From: Hydrolagus colliei
Lineage: Eukaryota
Direction: 5' to 3'
NCBI GenBank assembly: GCA_035084275.1
Contig: CM068756.1
Coordinates: 5,642,001-5,706,000 of the forward strand
DNA length: 64,000 bases
Part shown: in pieces, positions 38,259 through 51,740 of the stretch
Numbering within the stretch: position 1 is the stretch's first letter
How the letters are laid out: the number at the start of each line of letters is the position of its first letter
Notes under the pieces: model-generated
What the model saw: only the letters and a program-made list of their open reading frames with translations
What the model was told of the DNA's origin: nothing
Database searches by the model: none
Program-made: the position numbers and the translations under genes

Positions 38259-38591
38259 ATAATAATAATCATCTTTGCATTTGATATATATAGCACCTTA
38301 TCAAATCTTTGAGACGTCTCAAAGCATTTCACAGAACATACAGTAAAATGAATTGACTGTATATTTTGTGGGCAAACGAGGCAGCCAATTGCACAGAGCG
38401 GTGTCCCACAAACCGTTGTGGATTGAAGTGACCAATTTTATTTTTAAAGAATAATTACCCTCGGAAAAGCAATGTGCCAATCGGCTAACAACTGGGTTCC
38501 TACTTACTGCTAGGTAAACAGAGGTGTGTGGAGCAAGGAAACTTCCCCAACTTGCGAGGCGAGTGCTCTACCCACTGAGCTACAGGACTCC
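38259..38591 (-). mobile_element. tRNA-headed SINE with CORE-like central segment and common tail
   Basis: Minus strand GGAGTCCTGTAGCTCAGTGGGTAGAGCACTCGCCTCGCAAG (same head as the 30041-30314 copy, B box deleted), TTGGGGAAGTTTCC..CCTCTGTTTACCTAGCAGTAAGTAGG, then the full tail. Confidence 0.92.
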
Positions 38592-39394
38592 ACCGATGAT
38601 GATAAGGGGATCACTCTTCTGATTAGTGTAACATTTACTGCAGTATATACAATTCAGTGATCGGCTTAGACAATATTTATTACTGTTTGTTTAATTTAGC
38701 TTCTATCTATTCTCCTTCCAGTCTTGAATTGAAACCTAATGTTCAGCCCAGTAGTGATCTTGAGCCAGCCATATAGGAGCATCCCCTCGCTCAGTGTTTT
38801 GGTTTGACTTCCACTCCACCTGATTGGGGCTGTGGGGAATAATGAGCTCAGGACCTATGTACTTTCAATCTCCAGCACACGGACTCTCATAGCACTATTT
38901 CACTCTGCGTGTTCTGTGGCAATTGAAGATTTCCTAAAGGCATTTTTTTTTTTTTAAATCACCCCGTTCATCTTTTGTGCGTGTTGTTCAATGCTCCTGC
39001 TTTAATGATTTTTCTTACCTTGTACTGATAATCAAATTCATTTATTTTCCAAGATAAACAATTATTGTGAAGAGTGGGGGAGGAAGGGAAAATGAATGAA
39101 TAAAATATGTCGGCGGAACTGGTGGCGAGAAAGGCAGCGGCAGCTATGCACCTAAGAGTTAGAGGATTTTAATTAGGTCACAGTTTAAAGTGTATCAAAT
39201 ATTTACCAAATTCAAATCCACAGCAGCAATTGCTGCTAATAGCTGTGCATGTATAGAAAGCTAAACACATGCATATCGGAAGAGTTTTCAAGATTATATT
39301 GAATTGTTGCTTTTCTTGCTACATTGGAATTGACGTATTTGCTGCAACTCTCTCTTAATGTGATAAAGTCAGTTTATTTAGAAAATCCGTTTCT

Positions 39395-39523
39395 GCACAT
39401 TTTCCCACAAAACACACAGTATACATGCACGCATGCATTATACAGTACAGTCCTGTGAAAAGCTTTGGGATGTATTCCTGATAGTAATCCTTACATCAAA
39501 TGTAAGGTTTATTATTATTATTT
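39395..39523 (+). mobile_element. SINE tail, diverged
   Basis: TTTCCCACAAAACACACAGT..CTGTGAAAAGCTTTGGGATG..ATCAAATGTAAGG(TTA)n. Confidence 0.7.
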
Positions 39524-39620
39524 ACCATGAACAAAATAGGAACAATCAAATTTAGATCATCATGGTGAAGAATGGAAGAATTAAAAGCATAAAGGTATGT
39601 ATACAAATAACAATAGTGCT

Positions 39621-39742
39621 TAATAATCCTTACATGATATTGTACAATGACCCACAAACAGTTACAAAGTGAGTGACCAATTTTTATTTGGGATTGTTGA
39701 CACCGGGAGAAACTCGCTTCTCTTTTTGAATAGTGCCATCAT
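39621..39742 (-). mobile_element. DeuSINE fragment with internal deletion
   Basis: Minus strand ATGGCACTATTCAAAAAGAGAAGCGAGTTTCTCCCGGTGTC..AAAATTGGTCACTCAC matches 61045-61125. Confidence 0.8.
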
Positions 39743-40710
39743 ATAGGATTAGGAAAACGTCAGGAAAAGTGAAGAGTGTCTGTCTGAATCCCTAAAGACT
39801 TGTGCTGAAATGGAACAATAACAAAGTTTATTTTCAGAATTTTCTTTGATAGTCTTACTTGTAGTGGATTATTGTCTATTGTGATGATAGGGAATGTTAA
39901 AACAGTTTGTTTTAAATATGTTAAAATCTATGTTCCTCATTCATGGATTATAGATTTAAAAAAAACATCAGATGTGAAGAGAATAAACTCCTACAGTGCT
40001 GGTGAAGAGAAAAACAAATGCTTCATCTTTGAAGTGCCCTTCGTCACATCATCTGCATCGAGGCTGATTTAATGAGCATGTTCATTTACATATGAACCTA
40101 GCATGTATCTGCGTGTCATGAAGTTCCAGATCATAATGAATGCTTTAGTCTGCATTATCATAATTCTCAGTCGATGCAACTGGTGAAATAAGTCATTTCA
40201 ATCAAACTCTATTGCCAGGATTCAGAGAAAGGTCACGCTTCCATACCCAGTTATTGCTGAAATTGACAAAAAGATCTGGCCACTAATTTTTTTAAATTTC
40301 CTGCATACAGTCAGCCTTTGGGTGGTGCTTTTGTGCAGTGTTGAAGTTTTAAAGCAGACTTAAGCTCTACAATTCTTTCAGCAGCCCAAATAATATTACA
40401 GCGTGATTCAGAAGAGATATATTAGTTGCGTTCATGTTTACAAGTTACAGTATTACAGTAGGAAGATACCAAAATGTGTTGCAGAATAGATCGAAGAATA
40501 AAGAAAGAATATTTCGAGTGTTTTTATTTCATCACTCTGTTATCTAATCGTTGTGTCTTTTATATAGGAACAGAGATTGTAAATTTATCATAAGGGGGAG
40601 TTAATCTAAGGTTCGCTGAAATGTTTGTTGATAAAATCTACGTATTTCCTTTCAATAATGAATTGAGAATCTCTTTATTTTAAGGAGCTCTTTTAGGAGC
40701 TCTCTAGTTA

Positions 40711-40820
40711 CACCCACAAAATATACAGTCAATTCACTTTACAGTATATTCTGTGAAGCGCTTTGAGACATCTGGAAGACGTGATAAGGCGCTCTATCAA
40801 ATGCAAGTATTATTATTATA
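40711..40820 (+). mobile_element. 5'-truncated SINE tail, young
   Basis: CACCCACAAAATATACAGTCAATTCACTTTACAGTATATTCTGTGAAGCGCTTTGAGACATC..ATCAAATGCAAG(TAT)n. Confidence 0.9.
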
Positions 40821-43800
40821 TTTTCAGTACTTCCTGTAACTATGAAAGATTGCTAGGAATCCCTTGGAAAAATTGTCCATTTAATTTTATCAGGGGAGAA
40901 TGCGCTTATCCCTACATGAAATAATGAGTAATGATATTTTACATCTGATACTGTCTCCCTAGTAAAACATAATTATTCACCTACTACTAATAAATGGGTA
41001 AAAATGGTCCAAAGGTTAAAAATCACACTTTCAGAAGCAGCTGTGTTATTGTTTCAAGAAAGCATGTTCCTGTACTCAAGTAGTTTGTGCAAGGATTTTT
41101 CAGAAAACTTTCCTAATCATGTTTCATTCAGTATGGTGTTGCATTCATCAATTATAAAAAAAAATCCCCAAATAATAATTTGACGTTCTTCTTTATAATA
41201 GCTTCATTGGAGATAGTGATCATCTTTAAAGCGGAAATTTATCTCCCAGTCTAAGTTGAAAGCCAGGCTCCATCTGTGTCGTCAGTACCTGAGAGCATGA
41301 TACTTCCCAGTGAGAGCAATTAGGGTAGAAGTCATGGCTGGATTCTGAGCTAATGTGTTAAAAGTACCTTCATGTCTGCTAAGGTAAAGGATTGTATAAT
41401 CACTATTGAATTTAAGAAAACTTATCACCAAGATTTTAGGTCAAAAATCTTTTACTTAGAGGTACATTTGTCTGGTGTGCAAAGCCATAGATATTATTCA
41501 TATTTTAATAGTTACAAACTTTTGTGAATCCATATTTTAAATTTGGTCTCTTGATATTATTGGAGACCTGATTATTGTCCCCTGACCATTGAGTACGCCT
41601 AAAGCTGCTATTTCATATTTAAAACCTATAGCTAAGGCTATTTCTAGTAATTGATCATGTCTGTTTTCACTGCTAGTGACATTGCGCGGCAGCCCCTAAG
41701 AGTGTACAGTGCGTCTGCCTGGCTAGTCATTGTAATGATCCACTAAATCTTAGCCTAATTGGAAAATATTAAATGAGTCATCCCAAGTCATTCCTAAGCC
41801 TTTTATGTGCTCAATACGCAACCGAATTTTCCTCTAAATTAGTGGCACCTCCACATTTTTTCCAGGTGATTCTGGCTGAAGCTTATTTCTGTTTAAAGAG
41901 CGATGTTAAAGTTCTCACGAAAATGAGAATGAACCAATTGTGCAGAATGTTACGGCTGATTTTCATAACCACAAGCAACAATAGGTTATCTGTTTTTAAG
42001 TTTCGAAATTAATTTCTATTGTTTCCTCAATGCATAGAATATAGACAGGCAGACAGGTACGCAGTGATACAGTAATAGGAAAAAGTGTCGACACAGCAAG
42101 ATTTCACCAGACAAATGTCTGCTCATTGTGTGGAGCATGAAGGCCATGATAGATGATTTCAAACAACAGAGCGCAGCCAGTGAGACAAAATTAGTGTTGT
42201 TTTAATTACCAGTGTCTGTAATGTTATCTATCCATAACTGTCTCAAAATGGACTGTCAATGAGCAGAACTGAGAGGAAGCAGGGCAGAAATCCGAACTGA
42301 TTCACCCCTTTGGGCACAGCTGTTATCTGTACTCTCAAAAAGAAATGTCTGTTTGTTAAAAAAAAACCTCACCCCTTTCTATAAACAGTCTTTCAAGGGA
42401 CGATTTGTTTTCTTGCAGTTTTGTACAGTAGCACCTTTTTTCTCCCATTTGTAATAAATACACTGGCACCGTCCATTGAAGAATTGCTTGAAGGTCAGGG
42501 TGATGTTTCTCACACTAAAAGTGGTTTTGCTTGATATTCTGCAGCAGTTTAGCCATTTTATGTTATGTTCTATGTCATGTCAGTCACACCAAAAGCATTA
42601 GCACTCCAGATTTTAAGCTGTTTCATTTTGAGCTATCCGTTGTGAGACTGACCATCGCTTGCCATAGATTACCAGTGTGTGTTTTGGGGGGAAAATTAAG
42701 GATTTCTTTCTTTTTGAGCCTTGTTGAGATGAAGGATATCCTATCTTCCCTAGTGCTTTTCAAAATGGCCCATATGACACATTCTACAAATGAGCACGGA
42801 GAGCAATCTAGCTAATAGATTAGAGTAATTATCCAATCTTTGGCTAGTTTGTATTGGCAAACTATAAATACAGTACACATTAGAACAAGGTGCTTACAGA
42901 ATGTACATGAAAGGTCAAAGTAATTTGCAAGCTGCTAGTCATTAGAATATGCTAAAAACCATCGCTTCAGGGTTCAGATTTTAATGATGAATACATTGAT
43001 TATTAAACAGTGCACAAAAAAATGCACCAGAGCCACTCTAGTGTGTTCATGGGTCACCTTATTTTGGAAAGAATATCAACTAAGCTCCAGAATGTGAGCA
43101 TTGAGAAATATAATTGCAATGTGAAATTTCCTCAGAGGAACTTGGCACATATTAAAAGAAAAAACTTGAGACATGTTTGTGATAAGATTACTAATAAATC
43201 TCTGGTAAGTCTTAGACTCCTGACAATAACATAGCAACAGAGCACTTCATCTTCAGTGTGCTGCAGAATTTAGGACTGAGCACAAACAATCTAAATTACG
43301 ACTGATACTGGGCAGATGCTGTCCTGCACAGTGTTGCCCATCATAAATCTCTGGTTACTTATATGCAAATTAAATTCCATTTTAAAAGATAATTCTTCAA
43401 ATAGCGTTGGACATTATGTGTGAATGTAGTTTCAATGCTGGAGAATGCAAACTGTGCCAGGCAACAGCGTTGCATTCATTTGGGGACAGGAATATGTTTT
43501 AGCATATTTGCGGGCCTGACTGCAGCTTTTTTTTCAGTGAGCAAGGTATTCATTCACTAAGTAGCTTCACTGGAGCAGAGTGTAAACAGCAGCCACTTTC
43601 TGAGCTGTCTGCTCACTCTTTCTCTTCAGTGACAGAGCAGAGGTACTTACTTGTTCCTTGACTGTCTGTCTTGTCTGGTCAAAATCATCAGGTTTCTTTC
43701 AATTCTCTGAGACCTTGAGCACCTGGGTCAGCTCCAAATAAAGCACAAGTGGCTGAGGTTTTTCTTTTATTGGTATATGTCTTATAGCTGCCTCGTCTGT

Positions 43801-46800
43801 CATGTTAAGTCACTGTCAGTATCACTGACATATGGTTTCTTTGAGGGGTTTTTCCCAGCTGTCTTATCCTGGACTTAAATCCTTAGCATGCATCAAATCC
43901 TGAATATACTTTATTATTTTAATGCTTTTCATTTCTGTTCCAATAGAAGTTTAGTGTTTAGTTTTGTGTTACAGGAATGTTTTCACTCTGGTGTTCATTC
44001 AGGTGATCTGTGATAAGCAGCAATCTGATGAAGGCTTTGCAATAATGTGTTACTGCAAACGTGTCATTGAGTCTGACACTTCGCTAGCATTTGATGCTTA
44101 AGATGGGGTACATTTCACTAACATATTTGTGAAATCCTAACAAATTCCATTTTTAGAGCACACTCAGGTTTCTTGTATGCAATATGTGGATTATTCCGAT
44201 AAAATAGACCGTTTGTGATCCAATAATCATCTGTGGGAAAAAAAGGCAATATCTTTTCAATATTAACATTGCGAATATCATAGCAACACACAGGTGAAAA
44301 TTAATTATTGCAAATACCCAAGTCTTACAATTGATGCATCAATTCTTTCGTCTTAAGTAATATTCTTTTCAGGAGAAGTTCAGAAAAGTGATACCACGTA
44401 CGTATAAATGATGAATTTTGAAATGGCCTTTATTTGCTAACCACTGAACAAATGCCTGCTGAACACTTTTTCATGAAGGCTGTGTCCCTGTAGATGTAGG
44501 CTTCCATATCTCTTGTCTGAATCATGCCAATGTGCGTTTTACTGCCATTCATCATGACCATGCTCTAAGCCAAACAACAAGTATGTGTAACCCTAGAATT
44601 GCAGTGCTAACTGGTAAACTATTCATTAGGCATTTTATGCAAATATTGTTTGTTTATAAACAAATTAGCTACACGGATTTTCAAAACAGGTGCTGTAGTG
44701 TGAACGCTTACTAAATGATGTGGTACTGAAAGAATTAATTAGACCTTCAGATGTAATTAGTTGCAATAATTTGTGTGATTAGCAGCTTGGTTAAGAAGTT
44801 AGACACATGCATTGTAATGCATGAAAGAACCATTACAGTAGCATTTAGCTACATACAGTCTACATGATATATCCCCGCATGTGCAAAATTTTTCAAAAGT
44901 GCTGACACTGCTGTAGCTAATTACCCGGGTTCTGTGGATTTTTTTAAAAGAGTTACAAATAATGAACGAGTCATTTCCTTCCACTTGCCTTTGCTGAAGT
45001 GCAACATTTTTTTTTAGCTTTTCTATTGATTCCAAAACTGTTTTAAGTTTACATGAAAATATATTGGTTTGGCGTTTCTGCATACTATTTATCATTTGGA
45101 ATGCTAAGTATTAATAAAATGATTACCTATGCGTGCTTACCCTGTTAAAGCAGTAATGCTCCAAAATACATTTCTTGATTTTGATATTTTTGGTTGAATT
45201 TTTACGTCGAAAACTGCATTGGTTTTTGGAGACTGTTATTATTTGGGACACTGGCTATTATTGTTACTTGTCCAAATGCCCATTTGGATTATACTCCTTA
45301 CCTGGAATGTTGTCATCTTGATTGGTCAAATTGAGATCCCTCAAAGTGCTCTATGTTTAAAGGCACCGCTGACATCTGCATGCTATCCCATTAATCCCTG
45401 CTCCAATGATTGATAAAAACTAACAATAAATAGAACATTGCCAGCAGCTTGTAAAGACTGCCTGCTTTTTGAGCATCTCAATCTCACTGGCACAAACTGA
45501 AAATATTCCACAAGTAGAACACAATTCAAATCCGATTTCGGATCAATAGCGTAAATTCATCATAAACTTTGACATTTAGAAATGTATTTATGGAGCAGTG
45601 CAATTACAAACAATAACTTCCATAAAAATGCTTGCATTTAACCATTGGAGGAGTGCATTCTTTTTGCAGATGGTCTAAGAGGGCAGCTCACAGTGATCTG
45701 ATATTGATAGCCTATCAAAACATTAGTCAGACCACCAAATTTGAAAGATTAGGAATTTGATTAGTTAACCAAGAAATATCCTCACTGAGAAAGCAAGACT
45801 TTCCTCTAATCCTCACACAATAAAATGATCACAGTTTAAGCATTGCAAACCTATTCATGAATTTGAGTTGTGCTATCACAGTAAACAAACAGATAGTCCC
45901 TCACGAGGATGTGTCGTGACATGGTTTATGAGGGGATATATTGATTGGACAGTGGAAACATAAGAATAGAAGCTTCCAACCGGGTTGTAGATTTCTTTTG
46001 TTAAATTACCAAAATGTGCTGCTGACCCATGCCACGGTGACGAGTGAAAGCATTAATCCCATGTGACAGACGTGAGGTTTGAGATTAGGTATGAGATTTA
46101 TCCAACCTGGCAAAATAACACACACATTGCTCAGTTTGAGAATCTCATATCTATCCAATGCATAACTACTGTATTTACATTCTGTGGGTGCTGATCATGG
46201 ACGTAATAGTGAAAATGAATAGCTAGTTCAGAGAATATGACATTTTCAGAAAACTGAGCACAATAGTGACCAGATAATGGACATATCAGCAGATTCATAG
46301 GATGGGAAGTGTGAGGATGTCATGCGATTTTTTTGTGCAGGCCATTAAACGATAGCGAGAGGTAGGGGAGGAGGATGACAAGGCAACATTTGTTTTGCAA
46401 TATGCGATATCCTGCAGTGAGTGATACCGAGGAAACAGCAGGTTGGATTTAAATTAGTCGCAACATTTTGTGTGCCGTATTTGGAGAAAGAACTCCAGTG
46501 AAAAGCTTGTGTTGGGAGTCCCATTTCATAGGCTGAATGGTTAAATCAACATGTTTCTGCCTTTGGATCATATGATAGATCATTGGGTATGAATCTGTTT
46601 TGCGTACATATCTCAATCGTACAGAGCCTTGGGTTCAAGAGGACCCTGTGCCTCCACCTCATGTACAAGAGGAATCTGCATCCAGAAAAATAACTGCCTT
46701 TTTGGTAGCTTTATTTTATTCAGTGAAATCATTCAGATGAAGAAGCAAATTGTATCTCAAAACATAATATGCCGCCAACTACCAGAAGTGTGTGTGTGCA

Positions 46801-47049
46801 ACATGCCCGGAGGATATACCCTGAGAAAAAACATAGGGGATACAATAAATGGGAGCTTTTCTAAAGTCAACTTTGATTCAGCTAAACAAATTAAGGCCCT
46901 TTTTTTTGCCTCTCTTTGGGATTGAACTATATAAATTATTACCTGATGTAATTTAGGCTATTCCTCTTAAAATGAATGGAAATATTTTAAGCATACAATA
47001 TTAATACTGAATATGGGAAGGGAAATTCTGTGAAAGCTTAACTTTTTGG

Positions 47050-47150
47050 TCCACAAAATACTGTTGATCACTTTACAATATATTCTATGAAGCGCTTTGA
47101 GGCGTCTCAACAAGGTGATCAGTTGCTGTACCAAATTCGTATTATTATAA
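47050..47150 (+). mobile_element. 5'-truncated SINE tail
   Basis: CCACAAAATAC..CACTTTACAATATATTCTATGAAGCGCTTTGAGGCGTCTC..TATTATTA. Confidence 0.8.
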
Positions 47151-48439
47151 TCTTAAAGAGTAGAAATTTGTGGGCTGAATTGTTACATAAGGTTGAAATA
47201 AAATATATTGAATTTTAAGCAAAACAGCTGCAGTCCGCTGCTCAGGGTGAAGTGTAGAGCTGTCCAAAGAGGAACACTAGCTTAATTGAAGAGATTGATG
47301 AAAGCCAATATTGAGAAAAGTAGATTGAAATAGATCAAGGAAAAGACAAACGCAAGTATTATTTGTTTTAAAATGGATAGATAAGGGTGTGAACTCACTT
47401 AACTGCTATTGTTTCACGTCTATGAAATGAATTGGTAAAGAGGGAAAAAAAGTAATCTATCTTCCACTCAAATAACCTCATTGCTAGCCGATGACTTACA
47501 GACAAAACATAACGAGACAGTATCTTCAGAGCAGAGCAAAATGTCAGAAAAATAAATAAAAAATCCTGCAAAGTCAGTGCAATAAGTTTACAACATATGT
47601 GTTGTGGTTTGGCCACACTGGCACAGTTTGAGTCGCTTAGAGAACTTGAAGGGGAAGAAGCTAGTACGGTATTTAGCCAGATCAAATATTATACTGATCA
47701 TTTCTTTTCTAACAATAAAATCCCAAATTATTCTGCAAAGAAAATATGAAAATTGAGAAATGTGCTCAGATTACCAGCATTCTGTGCTGATATTAATGTA
47801 CAGAAACTATGGTTTTTGCTCCCAGAGTGTATTGGAGATTGCATTATATGATGAATTGAATATTAAAATGTAGCTGTTAAAGGATCAGATGTAGAAAAAA
47901 AAGCATTTTTGCAATTGGGGCATTTGGTGCATAATTAGTACTAGTACATTCTGTTACTGCAAAATCCAAATATGTTGAAGATGAACTTGTTCTCAAAAGG
48001 CGCCCCATAAATTAAAGAAACAATGTTCTCCTATAGATTGGGTATGCTGAAATTCCAGTTTGTTTTAATAGGAAGGAAATGTTAAAGCTGTACGTTGCAA
48101 AATATCACTGGAGACTGCCATTAAATGATAAACAACAAATTGCATTATGTTGTACCATTCACGTCGGGACAATTTTTTAAAAAGAGGTCTACCTGATGTA
48201 GTTGTACAGTTTAATTATCAGTGTTCGACCACATAAGGTGCATCTAATGTGTGTGTGTATATACACATGGGCCACATTTACATGCAAACCTCAAATATCA
48301 CAAAGGATATTGCAATCTTTTTGCCATACAGCAGAAAGATAAAATGTTCAACGATTTATGTTCTTTTTTAGTGCTTTTCAAAATGAAGGATGTAAGTTCA
48401 GAGTAGCTGAACATTTTATCACTCTTTGCACTTCATATC

Positions 48440-48545
48440 AGCAGCAAGCACTCGCTGGTCAAGTTCATCACAGGTTAAGTGCGGAGTAAATAGCTCTCTA
48501 TATTGCCCTATCAATGCACCTTAACCCCAACCTCAGAAGTGTTTC
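48440..48545 (+). mobile_element. Fragment of another chondrichthyan interspersed repeat
   Basis: AGGTTAAGTGCGGAGTAAATAGCTCTCTATATTGCCCTATCAATGCACCTTAACCCCAACCTCAGAAG resembles a recalled shark repeat (GGTTAGATACAGAGTAAAGCTCCCTCTACACTGTCCC); not verified. Confidence 0.4.
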
Positions 48546-48581
48546 AATTTCTCCCTTACTGAAGCAGTTTAATATTTCTAT

Positions 48582-48794
48582 GGCAAGTTTCCTTACACAT
48601 GCCTGATAATAATCCCTCCAAAAAAAATTGGTAATTTCAATCCACGACTGTTTGTAGGACACCACTGTGCATAATTGGCTGCCGCATTTCCCTCACAAAT
48701 ATACAGTCAATTCACTTTACAGTATATTCTGTGAAGCGCTTTGAGACGTGAAGACATGAAAAGTGCTACATCGAATGCAAGGATTATTATTATT
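48582..48794 (+). mobile_element. SINE 3' half with the common tail
   Basis: GGCAAGTTTCCTT..AAAAATTGGTAATTTCAATCCACGACTGTTTGTAGGACACC..AATTGGCTGCCGC..TGCAAGG(ATT)n; aligns with the 30041 and 38259 copies. Confidence 0.92.
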
Positions 48795-49084
48795 GTTTCT
48801 GTTTCCCACATCAGCCACTCTTGAATATCTCTAAATGAGGAGGTCTGGTGAAGACCATTAGGAATGCAACAGATGCTGGGAAAACCTTAAAAGATTAATT
48901 ATTTTTCAAAGCAATCCATTAGTTAATACATTAAGCTTCCATTGTATTCCTGGATCGAAATAAAGTTAACTTCACTAGATACAATAAACACAATTGCAGA
49001 ACACAGTGAAGTATTGAATGGGAAAAGGGCTAAACCATCTCTTGGAGTTTCCTTCCATAGACCACATGGACATTTGACCATGGT

Positions 49085-49315
49085 GCCCATCTGGCTTAGT
49101 TGGTTGCACTCTGAACTCCTCATTAGAAAGGTGTAGGTTCAAGCTTGTGACAGGACTTCACATAGCCTAGGCTGACACTATCCAATACAGTGCTGAGGTG
49201 TGCTGCATAGTTCAAATGAAATATTAAGCAAACATCCCATCAACCTGTTCACGTGGACATTGAGGATCCCATGGCACTTTTTGAAAAGAGAACACAAAAT
49301 CTTGACCAACAATCT
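49085..49315 (+). mobile_element. DeuSINE (SacSINE1/AmnSINE1-like), 5' and central part
   Basis: tRNA-like head TGGCTTAGTTGGT..GGTTCAAG, then TAGGCTGACACT..CAGTGCTGAGG..GCTGCA and Deu-like CCTGTTCACGTGGACATTGAGGATCCCATGGCACTTTTTGAAAAGAG. Confidence 0.8.
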
Positions 49316-49354
49316 GTCAGATACAATTAGTCTTTCACTAATAATAGATTTAAA

Positions 49355-49440
49355 AAAATTATATTTGATATAGCACCTTGTCTCACAGTAATTCACGGGA
49401 GTTACTGTAAAGTGTAGTGACTTTGTTTTACAGCCGCTTC
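49355..49440 (-). mobile_element. SINE tail fragment
   Basis: ATTTGATATAGCACCTTG..TTCACGGGAG..TGTAAAGTGTAGTGACT is the reverse complement of the tail at 61170-61255. Confidence 0.65.
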
Positions 49441-51095
49441 ATGGCTATTTCTGGGTCATTGCTGTGTTCAAATTGGCTGCCGCATTTTACCCAACAATTT
49501 AAATGCAGATTATCAAACATAATAACTAACAAACAAAATTACTCTATAGAGCATCCATATATCAAATCTACACACATTTTATGTGTGTGTGAGAGAGTGA
49601 GGGGGTGGGGGGCGGTGGAATTGATGAGGAAAAACATCGAAGGCAGTCATATTCCATAATATTGCCTCTTAGTTTATCCCTCAAAGTATCTATTTTGTCT
49701 TTGGTGTCATAATCATAGCCTTATTTTTACATCCTATTTGTGGCTATCGGCAATCTGTTTTCCCTTCTGGTCTCTTTTATTTCCTTCAATACTGTATGTC
49801 CTTCCAGTTGACCTTAGTGAAGCTAAGGCAGAACTCAAATCTCAGGCTCAGATTACCAATGTAAACTAAGTTTTTCTCTCAAAGTTTATGGCGTCCTCTG
49901 AATCCTCCACTGGATCATTGCCTTGTAATTCAGTTGGAACCATTCATTATCCTTTATATGTCGTTTTGTGTTTAGTATATTTCTTGGAAATGTGGTAGTG
50001 AAAGTACCTGGTCTTTCTATAGTACTATTAATCTGATGCATATATCTTTGGGTCCATGCCATAAATAATTCTATTATCTTTTCACCCACTGCCCTCCACC
50101 TATATTGTGTTCACAGTGTTCATTACATAATGGTAACAAACTAAAATTATGTTTAAAAAATAAATGCACTGTAGACTCTAAACTGTAAAGAATAACAAAT
50201 GTGAGACAGTGAGGCAGTAACTCAGTTTTGTGACTTTTATTGGTGTTCATAAAGCATTCGAGCTTCTCTGCCAGCCATTTATTATGCTATTTATAACTGT
50301 GATTCTTACTTTCTTCCCAATGGTGATAGTGGAATGTGAGGTGTTGCATTGAGGAATAGAACCGTGAGGTGATAGGACCAAATAATGGCAAGGCTAGCAA
50401 CACAAAATGTGCCATGGGTCCTTGATTATGCCATACATGTTCTCCCAGTTGTCTCAAGTAAGACAAAGAAATAAGACTCAGTGCTGGTATCAGCTTTGAG
50501 CATTAGATTGTGACCTTTACACACAAAGATACCAGCACCAAATTTAAGATTCCCTGGATTACCTATTATTTTACCATGATCTTCTGAGTCCAGAAACTAA
50601 TGTTGAAGCACCTTTTCCAAGGAAGGAGATTAACACCTTCACTGACCTTTATGTTATCTATATATTAACTCAATTTGCAAGTCCATTGCAGTCTAATTCC
50701 AATTAAGTCTGGGATTGAAAGGATTAGAAAGAAGTGCCATACGTCAGAGAGAAACTCAATGGAAATATAGTTTGTACTGTTGTGGATAATTAACAACTGG
50801 AGTCTCCTGTAATTTAGTTTCCAGTCAAGTACCGTTTTACAAAGCTCTGTAAGTACAGTGGGTTTATGAATATTAATTTGTGCTGCCGGACCTTCTTATT
50901 AACATAAAAGGCAGCTCAATGCTTATCCTCAACAGCTGAGGCATCATTCTGAGAAACTGCTGGTTGTGAGTTCTGAACACCTGCAAACTAAAGATTTCAG
51001 ACAAGAGATAGGAACACGGTGGGAAACTAGTTAGCAGAGGTCATCACAGTTTTGCGTCAAGGGCCCTATGAACAATAAGATTTTAAGTGCTCAAT

Positions 51096-51114
51096 GGGCC
51101 ACTAGGTGGAGCTC
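51096..51114 (+). promoter_or_regulatory. CTCF core motif
   Basis: GGGCCACTAGGTGGAGCTC closely matches the CTCF consensus (T/G)GCCAC(C/T)AG(G/A)(G/T)GGC(G/A)C. Confidence 0.55.
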
Positions 51115-51659
51115 AGCACCTCAGGAAACGCAAATAACTCCTCAGGTGTATGTATTGTCTGAAAACATGGACTCCTGCCAGCTGAGGCAAAGGTCCTGAC
51201 CTTTTTACGTTCTTCATGGCGAGAACACAGATGTACGCTCACATGCAACAACAATAGAGATTTAAAAGAATGAAATGGTGATCTGGGAGTAGGCAGAGAA
51301 CTGGTTGGTCCATCAGTACAATTATGAGAAACAGAAAGGAAAGATTTGTAAAGGAAAATGTGAGATGAATATACTCTTGTAAAACATAAAATAGATATTG
51401 TGCTGTTTATTACAAATGGGCAGCTCTGAAGGTCTGAATAAATCTATGCTAAATTTTTCGCTACTTTCCAATATTCAACTCTAGATAACGTCTCTCCATT
51501 TAGCCAATGCAATCAAATTTAGCAATCTCTCAGAAATGAAAGAAAGCTCAATTAAATAAATGTTTAAAAATCATGTCATTAGTTTAACATGTAAATAGAT
51601 AACCATTTTGTTTCTTGAACTATTGCAGAGTGAGTTTGTGTTGGATCATTATAGTAAAA

Positions 51660-51740
51660 CGTTATCTTTGCATTTGACGACTTCTAGAAGTCTCAAAGTG
51701 CTTCGCAGAATATACTGTAAAGTTAATTGACTCTACAGTA
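51660..51740 (-). mobile_element. SINE tail fragment
   Basis: TCTTTGCATTTGA..GTCTCAAAGTGCTTCGCAGAATATACTGTAAAGTTAATTGACT. Confidence 0.8.

Noticed and set aside
38868-38890. RE1/NRSE-like TCCAGCACACGGACTC
   Set aside because: Wrong spacing and a degenerate right half-site.
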